Source: Myxococcota bacterium (GTDB lineage: Bacteria > Myxococcota_A > UBA9160 > JAFDDA01). From it: a stretch of DNA of 64,000 nucleotides. Both the position numbers and the translations under genes were made by a program. Below the pieces are notes generated by a model. That model saw only the letters and a program-made list of their open reading frames with translations, was not told the DNA's origin and did no database searches. Below, in pieces: positions 47,511-57,776 of this stretch. The DNA lies in NCBI GenBank assembly GCA_965228475.1, contig OZ245817.1, positions 2,112,001 through 2,176,000 on the forward strand, written 5' to 3'. How positions within the stretch are numbered: the first letter of the stretch is position 1; each line of letters begins with the position of its first letter.

Positions 47511-49220
47511 CTATTCCTCTTCGCTGCCCGCCTTCATGCGCTCGATCTCTTCGCGCACGAGGGTCTCGGCCATCTTCGGGATGACCTCCCAGGCGACGGC
47601 TTCGATCTGGGCGAGGGCCTGCTTGACGACCTGCTCCGAGAGGTCGCTGAAGGCCTCCCAGGCGACCTTCTCGAGGCTCGCGTGGATCTGCTGCTGGAAC
47701 CCGGGCGGGAGTTCGGTCCCGGTGCCGTCGGAGACGGCGCTCGGGCTCGGCTCGGCCGGCGTCTCGGGCTCGTTCGTGCCGTGCGGCGGGACGTCGGCCG
47801 GCGCCTGGACGCGGAGCGGATCGGCGTCTTCGACGACCCTCGTCGTGTCCTCGCCACCCGTGGCTTCGGCCTCGGGGGCCGGGTCGGCGACGAGCTGGGT
47901 CGGCTCGACGTCGAAGCGTTCCGCCCCAGCCGGGTCGATCTGGATCGCCTCGCCGCGCTGGGCGTCGTCGAAACCTTCGCCCACGCCCATGCCCACGCCG
48001 TTGCCCACGGGCTCGGAGACGGGGACCACCTGGGTCGCATCGAGGTCCGCCCCGGCGGGCTCGGCCGTTTCGGGCTGGGCCACCGGCGGGGTTCCGCCCG
48101 CGGCGGGGCCGGCGAGATCGAAGCTCACGAGCGGGTCCGTCGCGTCGGGCGAGGGCGTCGCCGCCGGCGGCTCCGTTCCCAACGGTGCTTCCGCCGCCAT
48201 GGCGGCGTCGAGATCCTTCACGGCCGGCGCGCTCGGCGTCGCCTCGACCGCAGGGGCGGGCTCTGCGTCGACCGCGGGAGCGGGATCCGGGGTCTCGGAG
48301 GCGGGCGCAGCGTCGAGGTCGGTGACCTGGGGCGGGCTCGCCATGGAGAAGGTGAGGTCGGGCGCGGGCGGCGCCACTTCCGGGACCGTGCTGGCCATCG
48401 AAAGGTCCGCCGTCTCGATGTCGAAGCCGCTGTCGCCGCCGACGGTCAGGTCACCGCCGCCGGAAAGCTCGTCGGCGTCGTCGACGTCGTCGCCGTCGTC
48501 AGGATCGGCGAAAGAGCGTTCGCCCGGCGCGTCGAAGGCCGCCGCCTCGACGGCCGCGTCGAAGGCCGGATCCTCGGCCGTCTGGCTGCCGTCGAGCAGG
48601 ACCGTCTCGTCGGCGTGCCCCGGCGAAACGCTCGGGCCCGAGTCGCTCATCAGGTCCGCGCCGCCGAAGGGCGAGGTTTCCTCCGGAGCGCTGGCCGCGC
48701 TCGGAGCCGAAGAGGCTTCCTGGCCGTTTCCGCCGGACGCGCCGCCGGCGCCGGCGAAGAAGTCGAAGGCCGCGCCGCCCTGGTTGGCCGGCGTCTGGGC
48801 CGCGGCGGGCGGAGCGTCGATCTTCGCGGCGGCGTCGTCGCCCATCGGCGTCGACCGGGCGAGGAGCTGGTTCACCTGATCGACGAGGGCCTGGGCCTCG
48901 AAGGGCTTCGTGATGTGTCCGTCGGCACCGGCCTGGCGGGCCCGCTCGGCGTCGAAGGCTTCGAAGGTCCCCGTCAGGAGGAGCACGGGCATCTGCGCCA
49001 GGCTCGGGTCGCCCTTCAGGGCTTCGCAGACCTCGTAGCCGTTCTTCCCGGGCATCACGATGTCGGCCAGGACGATGTCCGGCCGCAGCTCCTGGGCGCG
49101 CGACACGGCATCGTCGCCGTTGTCCACCGTCACGAGCTCGATGTCCTCGTTGGCGAGACTGATCCCGACCACCTTCTGAATCGTCACACTGTCGTCCGCA
49201 AGCAGCAGGGTCTTGGGCAT
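47511..49220 (-). CDS. romR: RomR-like response regulator (REC - acidic Pro/Ala linker - conserved C-terminal helix)
   Basis: MPKTLLLADDSVTIQKVV..MPGKNGYEVCEALK..GTFEAFD..HITKPFE; C-terminal VAWEVIPKMAETLVREEIER; adjacent to valS. Confidence 0.8.
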   Translation of the reverse strand: MPKTLLLADDSVTIQKVVGISLANEDIELVTVDNGDDAVSRAQELRPDIVLADIVMPGKNGYEVCEALKGDPSLAQMPVLLLTGTFEAFDAERARQAGADGHITKPFEAQALVDQVNQLLARSTPMGDDAAAKIDAPPAAAQTPANQGGAAFDFFAGAGGASGGNGQEASSAPSAASAPEETSPFGGADLMSDSGPSVSPGHADETVLLDGSQTAEDPAFDAAVEAAAFDAPGERSFADPDDGDDVDDADELSGGGDLTVGGDSGFDIETADLSMASTVPEVAPPAPDLTFSMASPPQVTDLDAAPASETPDPAPAVDAEPAPAVEATPSAPAVKDLDAAMAAEAPLGTEPPAATPSPDATDPLVSFDLAGPAAGGTPPVAQPETAEPAGADLDATQVVPVSEPVGNGVGMGVGEGFDDAQRGEAIQIDPAGAERFDVEPTQLVADPAPEAEATGGEDTTRVVEDADPLRVQAPADVPPHGTNEPETPAEPSPSAVSDGTGTELPPGFQQQIHASLEKVAWEAFSDLSEQVVKQALAQIEAVAWEVIPKMAETLVREEIERMKAGSEEE

Positions 49221-49392
49221 GGTCCCCCCCGGAAGACCGGCGTTGCCGGTGTTTGAGCCCTGTGGTCTCATCGACGGGGCTCGCCGGCGAATTTAACGGT
49301 TTTTGCGCGCTCCTGAGCGGCTCTTGCCGGGGGCGGGCCGGCCGCGTCAAGTCACGCAAGTGCGCGGCCGATGGACTCTTCAGGAGCTCCTC

Positions 49393-50124
49393 ATGCGTTT
49401 CGAAACCGCCGCGATTTCCGACGTAGGCCGCCGGCGACAAGCCAACGAGGACCGCTACGCCCTCGATCCGGATCTGGGGCTTTTCCTGGTGGCGGACGGC
49501 ATGGGCGGGCACCGGGCCGGCCGGACCGCGAGCGAGCTGGCGAGCGCCGCCGTCCTGGCCGCCATCCATACGCTCCAGGACGCGCCCGCGAGCCTCGCCG
49601 AGCGGCTGCGCTACGCCGTTTCCGCCGCCAATCGCGAGATCTTCTCCATGGCCGCCGAGCAGGCCGAGCTCGCCGGGATGGGAACCACCCTGGTCGTCCT
49701 GCTGGCGGGCGACGAGCGGGTCAGCCTGGCCCACGTCGGCGACAGCCGCGCCTACCTCGTGCGGGCCGGCGGGATCCGCCAGCTCACCGACGACCACAGC
49801 CTCGTGGCCGAGCTCCTGCGCCGCCAGAAGATCACCGCGGACGATGCCCGCGAGCACCCCCATCGACACGTTCTCACGCGCGCCCTCGGCGTGCGCCCGA
49901 GCGTCGAGCCGGATCTCGCCGAGATGACGCCCCTCGACGGCGACGTCTTCGTGCTCTGCTCCGACGGCCTGACGAACCACCTGCAGGACACCGAGATCGC
50001 GAAGATCGTGAGCTCGACGTCGGTGCTGGAAGATGCGGCACGTGCGTTGGTGGAGTGTGCGAATTCACGAGGTGGAGAGGACAACATCACGGTCGTCCTC
50101 GTCCGGTCCCGGTCTCAAGACTGA
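49393..50124 (+). CDS. Stp1/PrpC family PP2C Ser/Thr phosphatase
   Basis: SDVGRRRQANED, VADGMGG, GMGTT, HVGDSR, CSDGL, GGEDN. Confidence 0.93.
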   Translation: MRFETAAISDVGRRRQANEDRYALDPDLGLFLVADGMGGHRAGRTASELASAAVLAAIHTLQDAPASLAERLRYAVSAANREIFSMAAEQAELAGMGTTLVVLLAGDERVSLAHVGDSRAYLVRAGGIRQLTDDHSLVAELLRRQKITADDAREHPHRHVLTRALGVRPSVEPDLAEMTPLDGDVFVLCSDGLTNHLQDTEIAKIVSSTSVLEDAARALVECANSRGGEDNITVVLVRSRSQD

Positions 50125-50256
50125 GCGCCGCGCGCTCGGGCAGGTGGGCCTTCCGGCTCATGGCTCGCCCGGCTAGCACTCATCGCACGGGTACGACTTG
50201 GTAGTCCCGGGCTGCGCTTTACTTCCCCGGAAGGCCCACCTGCCCGAGCACGCTCC
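50125..50256 (-). repeat. Structured repeat unit 1 (132 nt)
   Basis: Perfect 23-bp inverted arms 50134-50156/50227-50249; 18-nt cores at 50153-50170 and 50208-50225 flank a 37-nt insert. Confidence 0.85.
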
Positions 50257-50318
50257 CAGGCCGCTAGCGACTCCGCGCTCACGATAGAAAAAAACAAAGA
50301 GAGACTACGAGCCGTCGA

Positions 50319-50448
50319 GGAGCGTGGGAGGCTGACGAGGGCCTCAGGCGAAGTAAAGCGCAGCCCGCACTCGGCAATCAGAAACGTCTCGGCAGTTCGA
50401 CAGGGCGAGCCATGAGCCGGAGGCCCTCGTCAGCCTCCCACGCGGCGC
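50319..50448 (+). repeat. Structured repeat unit 2 (130 nt), inverted relative to unit 1
   Basis: Perfect 24-bp inverted arms 50322-50345/50420-50443; the same two cores (50350-50367, 50403-50420) flank a 35-nt insert. Confidence 0.85.
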
Positions 50449-50463
50449 CCGGTCGAAGGGCGA

Positions 50464-51228
50464 CTAGCGCTCGGCCATCGCCTTGAGCCGGCTCCGCAGT
50501 CGGAGCACGGCCTTGGTGTGGATCTGGCACACGCGGGACTCGGTGATCCCGAGGATGTTCCCGATCTCCTTCATGTTCAGATCTTCGTAGTAGTAGAGCG
50601 AGACCACGAGCCGCTCCTTTTGCGGGAGCGAGGAGATCGTGTCCGCCACCACGTGCTTCATCTCGATCAGCTTGAGCGAAGCGAAGGGGTTCTCGGCCTG
50701 GACGTCTTCGATGATGTCCGTGTATCCGCCGGTGCGTTCGCCGTCGGCGTCGCGGCTGCGGATCTCTTCCAGGTTCACGAGCGAGATGCCGCGCACCTGG
50801 TTCAGCAGTTCGTGGAACTTGTCGAGCTGGATGCCGAGGGAGTCGGCGACTTCTTCCTCGTTGGCGGCGCGGCCGAGGCGCTGCTCCATGTCCGCGTAGG
50901 CGCGCTCGATCTTGCGGCCCTTCTGGCGCACCGAGCGCGGCACCCAGTCGAGGGATCGGAGCTGGTCGAGGATCGCGCCCTTGATCCGGAACTCCGCGTA
51001 GGTCTTGAACTTGCAGTTCTTCTCGGGGTCGTATTTCTCGATCGCGTCCATCAGCCCGATCACGCCGGTGTTGTGGAGGTCGTCGAGGTCGATGTGGGAA
51101 GGGAGCCGGACGGCGATGCGGTTCACGATGTACCGGATGAGCGGCGTGTGCTCGAGGACGATGCTCTCTCGCACCTGGTTGGTGATGCCCTCGCTTTTCT
51201 CCTTGGCCTCGCGCAGCATCGTTTCCAT
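50464..51228 (-). CDS. fliA: FliA/WhiG family sigma factor (sigma28)
   Basis: LPSHIDLDDL..GVIGLMDAIEKYDP..FKTYAEFRIKGAILDQLRSLDWVPRSVR..ITESRVCQIH; GGAGG RBS before ATG 51228. Confidence 0.9.
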   Translation of the reverse strand: METMLREAKEKSEGITNQVRESIVLEHTPLIRYIVNRIAVRLPSHIDLDDLHNTGVIGLMDAIEKYDPEKNCKFKTYAEFRIKGAILDQLRSLDWVPRSVRQKGRKIERAYADMEQRLGRAANEEEVADSLGIQLDKFHELLNQVRGISLVNLEEIRSRDADGERTGGYTDIIEDVQAENPFASLKLIEMKHVVADTISSLPQKERLVVSLYYYEDLNMKEIGNILGITESRVCQIHTKAVLRLRSRLKAMAER

Positions 51229-51322
51229 CGTCCCCTCCATTTGAACCCCCAGAAGTTGCGCGGTGGGCCTGGCGTCCCTGCCTAGGCTTTGCCCCCGCGA
51301 TGCGCCTTGGAGCAGGGGACAA

Positions 51323-51339
51323 AGCACGGCTCATGCCAA
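51323..51339 (-). promoter_or_regulatory. Sigma54 -24/-12 promoter upstream of fliA
   Basis: Minus strand TTGGCATGAGCCGTGCT, i.e. TGGCA..GC with exact GG-N10-GC spacing, about 95 nt before the start. Confidence 0.65.
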
Positions 51340-51593
51340 GCAGCAGAAACTTGCGGAGCGGGTGCGGGGCGCGGGCGGGGAGGACGCTGCCGGCGCGGGC
51401 AGGACGCGGTGGTAAGTCTTCGTTCGGATTGAGGAATCGGTCCGGGCGGCGGGCGGCGGTGCGGCGGGATTCAACCCGGGGTCGGGCTGCCGCGACGGGC
51501 TGCGGCCCATGCGGCCGTAGGCAAGAGCGTCGGGCCGCCGACGGGCCCGAGGGGCGAAGCGTCGGGATTCCGACCGCCCGCCGGGAAGCCGGG

Positions 51594-52979
51594 CTAGGGC
51601 TCGATCTCGAACTTCTTGATCTTCTCGAGCAGGGTGGTCCGGTTGAGGCCGAGGAGCTGGGCGGCCCGGTTCTTGTTCCAGCCCGTGAGTTCGAGGGCTT
51701 CGCGGATGAGCCGCGCCTGCAGGGAATCGACCACCTCGTTGAAGTTCAGGCCCTCGTGGGTGACGTGGACCTCGCCGCCGCGGGCCGTGCCCTGGCTCTC
51801 GCGGTACTCCGGGGGCAGGTCGTCGAGACCGATCTCGCCGTCGCGCCGCAGGATGACGAGGCGCTCCATCAGGTTCTCGAGCTCGCGCACGTTCCCCGGG
51901 AAGGGCTGCCGGCAGAGCACCTCGAGGGCCTCCGGCGAGATCCCCTTCACGCCGCCCCCGTTGCGCTCGCCGTGGGTCTCGATGAAGTGCGCCACCAGGG
52001 CCGGGATGTCCTCGCGCCGCTCGCGCAGGGCGGGGACGTGCACCGGAATGACGTTCAGGCGGTAGTAGAGATCCTCCCGGAAGCGCTTCTCCTGGATCAG
52101 CTCGGGCAGGTTCTGGTGGGTCGCGGCGATCACCCGGACGTCCACGGACTGGCTCTTCGAGGAGCCGACCGGCTCGAAGGTCCGCTCCTGCAGCACGCGC
52201 AGGAGCTTGACCTGGAGGTTCATCGACATGTCCCCGATCTCGTCGAGGAAGATCGTGCCGCCGTCGGCGAGGCTGAAGCGGCCCTCCCGGTGGGAGACCG
52301 CGTTGGTGAAGGCGCCGCGGACGTGGCCGAACAGCTCGCTCTCGAGCAGCTCCTCGGGGATGGCGCCGCAGTTCACCGTGATCATGGGGCGCCCGCTGCG
52401 CGGGCTGTTGTAGTGGAGGGCGCGGGCGATCAGTTCTTTGCCCGTGCCGCTCTCGCCGGTCACGAGCACCGTGCTGTCCGCGGCGCTCACGCGCTCGACC
52501 ACGTCGAGCACCTGGCGCAGGGCGTGGCTGTCGCCGACGACGTTGTCGAACTCGTAGCGGCTCTCGAGCTGCCGCTGGAGGTGCCGGTTCTCGGACTTCA
52601 GGCGGCCGTGCTCGATGGCCTGCTCGGCCAGGCGCCGGACGACGTCGAGGTGCCCCTGCTCGAAGGGCTTCTCGAGATACCAGAACGCGCCCGCGCGCAG
52701 GGCGTCGACGGAGCTCTCGGCGCTGCCGTAGCCCGTGATCACGATGCAGGGGAGGTCGGGCTGGATCTCGTGGACCTGGCGCACGAGTTCGAGGCCGTTG
52801 ATGCCCGGCATCTTGACGTCGGACAGGACGAGGTCGAGCGGCTGGGACGAGACGACCGCCATGGCCTCGCTCGCATCCCGCGCGGTCAGGACTTCGTAGC
52901 CGACCCGCTTGAGGATGCGTTCGAGGGCGCGCCGGTAGAGTTCTTCGTCGTCGACGACGAGAACGGTGACCTTGCGCAG
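51594..52979 (-). CDS. Sigma54-dependent NtrC-family response regulator (REC-AAA-Fis), probable CTG start
   Basis: Frame extends from track start 52862 to CTG 52979 (RKVTVLVVDDEE); GESGTGKE, GAFTNA, FLDEIG, FPGNVREL, HTH. Confidence 0.92.
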   Translation of the reverse strand: MRKVTVLVVDDEELYRRALERILKRVGYEVLTARDASEAMAVVSSQPLDLVLSDVKMPGINGLELVRQVHEIQPDLPCIVITGYGSAESSVDALRAGAFWYLEKPFEQGHLDVVRRLAEQAIEHGRLKSENRHLQRQLESRYEFDNVVGDSHALRQVLDVVERVSAADSTVLVTGESGTGKELIARALHYNSPRSGRPMITVNCGAIPEELLESELFGHVRGAFTNAVSHREGRFSLADGGTIFLDEIGDMSMNLQVKLLRVLQERTFEPVGSSKSQSVDVRVIAATHQNLPELIQEKRFREDLYYRLNVIPVHVPALRERREDIPALVAHFIETHGERNGGGVKGISPEALEVLCRQPFPGNVRELENLMERLVILRRDGEIGLDDLPPEYRESQGTARGGEVHVTHEGLNFNEVVDSLQARLIREALELTGWNKNRAAQLLGLNRTTLLEKIKKFEIEP

Positions 52980-53157
52980 GGGGTACTCCTTCCGAGGGGG
53001 CCTTGGAAACTAAGGATTCGTTTTCGCGCCTTCAAGGCTGATTCGGACCGCGCCGGGGCCTCCGAGAGCGTCGAGATCACTCGGACGGCTGCCCGCAGCC
53101 CGGCGGATCAGCTAGCCTTTCGCCGCCTGATCGACACGCCCCCCGCGGAGCCGATCC

Positions 53158-54863
<1,706 letters not shown>

Positions 54864-54867
<4 letters not shown>

Positions 54868-55226
54868 AACCCGTTCTGTTGATCGTCGACGACGAGGTGC
54901 GCGTGCTCTCGGCGCTGCGCCGGGTGCTTCGCCGCGAGGGCTACGAGATCCTGCTCGCCTCGACTTCGAACGAAGCGCTGAGTCTGCTGGCCGAGCGCGA
55001 GATCGACGCCATCCTGTCGGACCACAAGATGCCGGGCATGAGCGGCATCGAGATCCTGAGCGAAGCGGCGCGCCAGCGGCCCGGAGCCGCACGGCTCCTG
55101 ATCAGCGGGTGGCCGGAGGCCGTGACCCAGGAGGAGCTCGACGCCCTCTCGATCCACGCGTTGATTCCGAAGCCCTGGCGCGACGCGGAGCTCAAGGCCG
55201 AACTCGCGCGGGCCATGGGCCGCTAG
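54864..55226 (+). CDS. Single-domain response regulator
   Basis: GTG 54864; KPVLLIVDDE, SDHKMPGMSG, LISG, KPW. Confidence 0.88.
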
Positions 55227-55232
55227 AACCGT

Positions 55233-56513
55233 TCAGTCGCGAACGACGACGCGGCTCAGGTACTCGAGGTCGGGCTTCTGGGTGTTCTTGGCGCCCACGC
55301 ACAGCACGCGGAAGCGGCGCTGGCGGCCGTGGGTGTAGTAGATGCGGCCCTTGCCCGCGAAGCCGAGTTCGAAGCACGGAAGGCCCGGCGGGAGCCCGCC
55401 GACCTTGCGCCGCACCGCCGCGTTCTCCGCTTCGTCGCAGAGCCGCTTGAGCGCCTCCTCGGCCTTGAGCTGCATGGTCTGGTCGCGCAGGCCGACGAGG
55501 TCCTGGAGCGCGCGGTCGTCCACCTCGAGATTCTTGTAGAGCGTGCGCATCCGGCGCTCGAGGAGTTCGGCCTCGCGGCCGGCCTTGCTCCCGGACTTGC
55601 CTCCCGGCGCCTTCTTCTCGGCTTTCTGCACGCGGCTGCGCAGGGAATCGATCTCGCTGTTCTTCTCGTCGAGATCGCGCAGGGACTCGTCGAGCAGCTC
55701 CTCCAGGGTATGGAGCTCGTCGTCGAGCTCGAGGCTGCGCGCGGCCTTGGCGGAGAGCTCCTCCTCACGCCGCGCGAGTCCGGCGAGCTTGTCCTGCAGC
55801 GCGCGGCGCTCGGCGCGCATCCGCCGGATCTCCTCGGCGTGGGGCGTCTCGGCCGGGTCGACGTCGTGGGCGCGCCGCCGCGCCGCTTCGAGCTCTTCTT
55901 CGATCTTGCCCGCACGGCGCGCCGCCTCCTCCCGCGCGGTCTCGGCCGAAGCGAGCAGGGCCTCCTCGTGGCGGCCGAGGGCGCGGGTGTAGAGGAAGAG
56001 CGCCCAGAGCAGGGTGGCCGCGTAGCCGAGCAGGATGCTCACCGCGAGGAGCGAGTTGTGGGGGACGGAGACGGCGACCTGGTAGCTCGCCGGCAGGATG
56101 GACGCCGCCTCGCGCGTGGCCGCCTCGGGGTCGAGGAGACCGGCCACCCCCGATGGGGCCGGGTGGATCAGCCGGCCGTCGGCGCCGTAGACGAAGACCA
56201 GCACCCGCACCCGGCCGAAGCGGATCCAGGGGCTCGTGGTGACGTCGCGGCGGATGGCGGAGCGGATCTCGTTGGCGAAGCCGGCGGTGCTCGGCTGGCT
56301 CGCGTCGACGGCGACCGCCCGCTCGACGGCCGCCTCGAAGCGCGCCTGGAGCACCCATTCGGCGGCTTCGACCGTGAAGATGTAGAGCACCGCGAAGGCG
56401 AAGATCGCGGCGTAGATCACCCGGAAGGAAGCGATCCGGTCCACGCCCCGAGCGGTGGCGGCCTCGGAGGCGCGGGGAAAGAAATTTCCCTTCTGCGGAA
56501 CGGACTTTTCCAT
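55233..56513 (-). CDS. Membrane protein: 2 TM + extracytoplasmic loop + coiled coil + RelE/HigB-like C-terminal domain
   Basis: ATG 56513; two hydrophobic helices; long heptad region; FELGFAGKGRIYY..VLCVGAKNTQKPDL. Confidence 0.65.
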   Translation of the reverse strand: MEKSVPQKGNFFPRASEAATARGVDRIASFRVIYAAIFAFAVLYIFTVEAAEWVLQARFEAAVERAVAVDASQPSTAGFANEIRSAIRRDVTTSPWIRFGRVRVLVFVYGADGRLIHPAPSGVAGLLDPEAATREAASILPASYQVAVSVPHNSLLAVSILLGYAATLLWALFLYTRALGRHEEALLASAETAREEAARRAGKIEEELEAARRRAHDVDPAETPHAEEIRRMRAERRALQDKLAGLARREEELSAKAARSLELDDELHTLEELLDESLRDLDEKNSEIDSLRSRVQKAEKKAPGGKSGSKAGREAELLERRMRTLYKNLEVDDRALQDLVGLRDQTMQLKAEEALKRLCDEAENAAVRRKVGGLPPGLPCFELGFAGKGRIYYTHGRQRRFRVLCVGAKNTQKPDLEYLSRVVVRD

Positions 56514-56605
56514 CGCGCTGCGGATCATAACGATTCCCGGGAGAGGGCGGCCCTGGGCCACTTCTGGCGGCGTCCCGGGGCATGTTTCTTGCGTCACCGG
56601 GGGCC

Positions 56606-56920
56606 ATGGAGGACACCCGGGCAAAACCCCGCACCCGCTTCGACGACTGGGTCGAGGTCGAGTGGGATGGGCACCGCGCGCGCGGCGCCGGCGTCGACCT
56701 GTCCGTCGCCGGCCTGGGGCTCGCGCTTCCCGAGGGTGGCGTTGCCCTCGGCGGCCGGGTGATCTCGGAGTTCCCGCTCCCCGGGATCGCACTCCCGGTC
56801 GAGGTGGCGGGCCGCTGGGCCTGGGTGGATCCGTCGGCCAAGCGCGCCGGGATCCGGTTCGAGTCCGTCGACCCGGGCATCGCCGACCTGCTCGCGAACT
56901 TCGTCGCGGGCCGGCTCTGA
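56606..56920 (+). CDS. PilZ domain protein
   Basis: RAKPR (RxxxR) and DLSVAG (DxSxxG) c-di-GMP motifs; AGIRF. Confidence 0.85.
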   Translation: MEDTRAKPRTRFDDWVEVEWDGHRARGAGVDLSVAGLGLALPEGGVALGGRVISEFPLPGIALPVEVAGRWAWVDPSAKRAGIRFESVDPGIADLLANFVAGRL

Positions 56921-56964
56921 GCCACGTCAGGCCGACGTTCAGCGCGGGCCGGCTCTGAACAAGG

Positions 56965-57750
56965 CTACGCGGGCCCCGAGCGCGGGTGGCCCGCCAGGAC
57001 GATCACGTCCGAGAGCCGAGGAAACGCGCGGCCGAGGGCATCGAGGCCGCGCAGCAGCGCATCGGCCACCGGCTCCGGGAGCCGGTTCGAGGTGCGCGTC
57101 CAGGCCGGGAGCCCCCATCCGACGGAGATCCCCTCGACGACCTCGATCTCGATGTGGCGTTCCGCCTGCTCGCGCATGAGGTCGAGTTCGTACCGGGTGA
57201 AGTGGTCGCTCGGGACGTCGTAACCACGGCGTCCGCTGCGCACCGGCTGGCCGAGGGCCTGCTCGCGGAAGTCGTCCCAGCCGCGGGCGGCGCGGCAGGC
57301 CAGGGAGTCGAAGTTCGCGATGGCGAGCACGACGTAGCCGTCCGGCCGGACGACGCGCGCCATCTCGGAGATGGCGAGCTCCGGGCGGTCGAAGTGGTCG
57401 ATCGCGCCCTTGCACAGGGCCGCGTCGAAGCTGTCCGCGGCGAAGGGCAGCGCGTCCGCCCAGGCGCGCACCCAGGCGGGGAGCGGGCCTTCGGTCTTCG
57501 CGGCCTGGAGCTCGGCCAGCCCGATCATGCGGTGCGAGGGCTCGGCGCCGACGACGCTGGCGCCGGCCGCCTGGAGGGCGATGGCGTCCTGGCCGACGCC
57601 GCTGCCGACGTCGAGGATGCGCCGGCCCGGCCCGGGCAGGGTCTTCTCGAGCGTGGCCTCGGTCATGCGGGCGAACAGGTACTCGCTGTCCCGGGTCGTT
57701 CCGGTGGGGATCACGTCCTGCATGTCCCGGTCGAGGTCAACGACGCGCAC
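56965..57750 (-). CDS. Class I SAM-dependent methyltransferase
   Basis: ILDVGSGVG, ADALPFAADSFD, EMARVVRPDG. Confidence 0.88.
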   Translation of the reverse strand: MRVVDLDRDMQDVIPTGTTRDSEYLFARMTEATLEKTLPGPGRRILDVGSGVGQDAIALQAAGASVVGAEPSHRMIGLAELQAAKTEGPLPAWVRAWADALPFAADSFDAALCKGAIDHFDRPELAISEMARVVRPDGYVVLAIANFDSLACRAARGWDDFREQALGQPVRSGRRGYDVPSDHFTRYELDLMREQAERHIEIEVVEGISVGWGLPAWTRTSNRLPEPVADALLRGLDALGRAFPRLSDVIVLAGHPRSGPA

Positions 57751-57776
57751 GGGCTCGCTCCTTCATTCCTTGGGCG

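Noticed and set aside
44811..49256. 1481-aa plus-strand ORF and similar long ORFs (2708-5383, 9582-11501, 11630-13690, 35156-37630, 39697-42354)
   Set aside because: Antisense shadows of clear genes on the other strand, expected in high-GC DNA; no recognisable motifs.
50125..50448. CRISPR array interpretation of the repeats with 35-37 nt inserts
   Set aside because: Only two units, inverted rather than direct, with different left and right cores, and no cas genes in the window.
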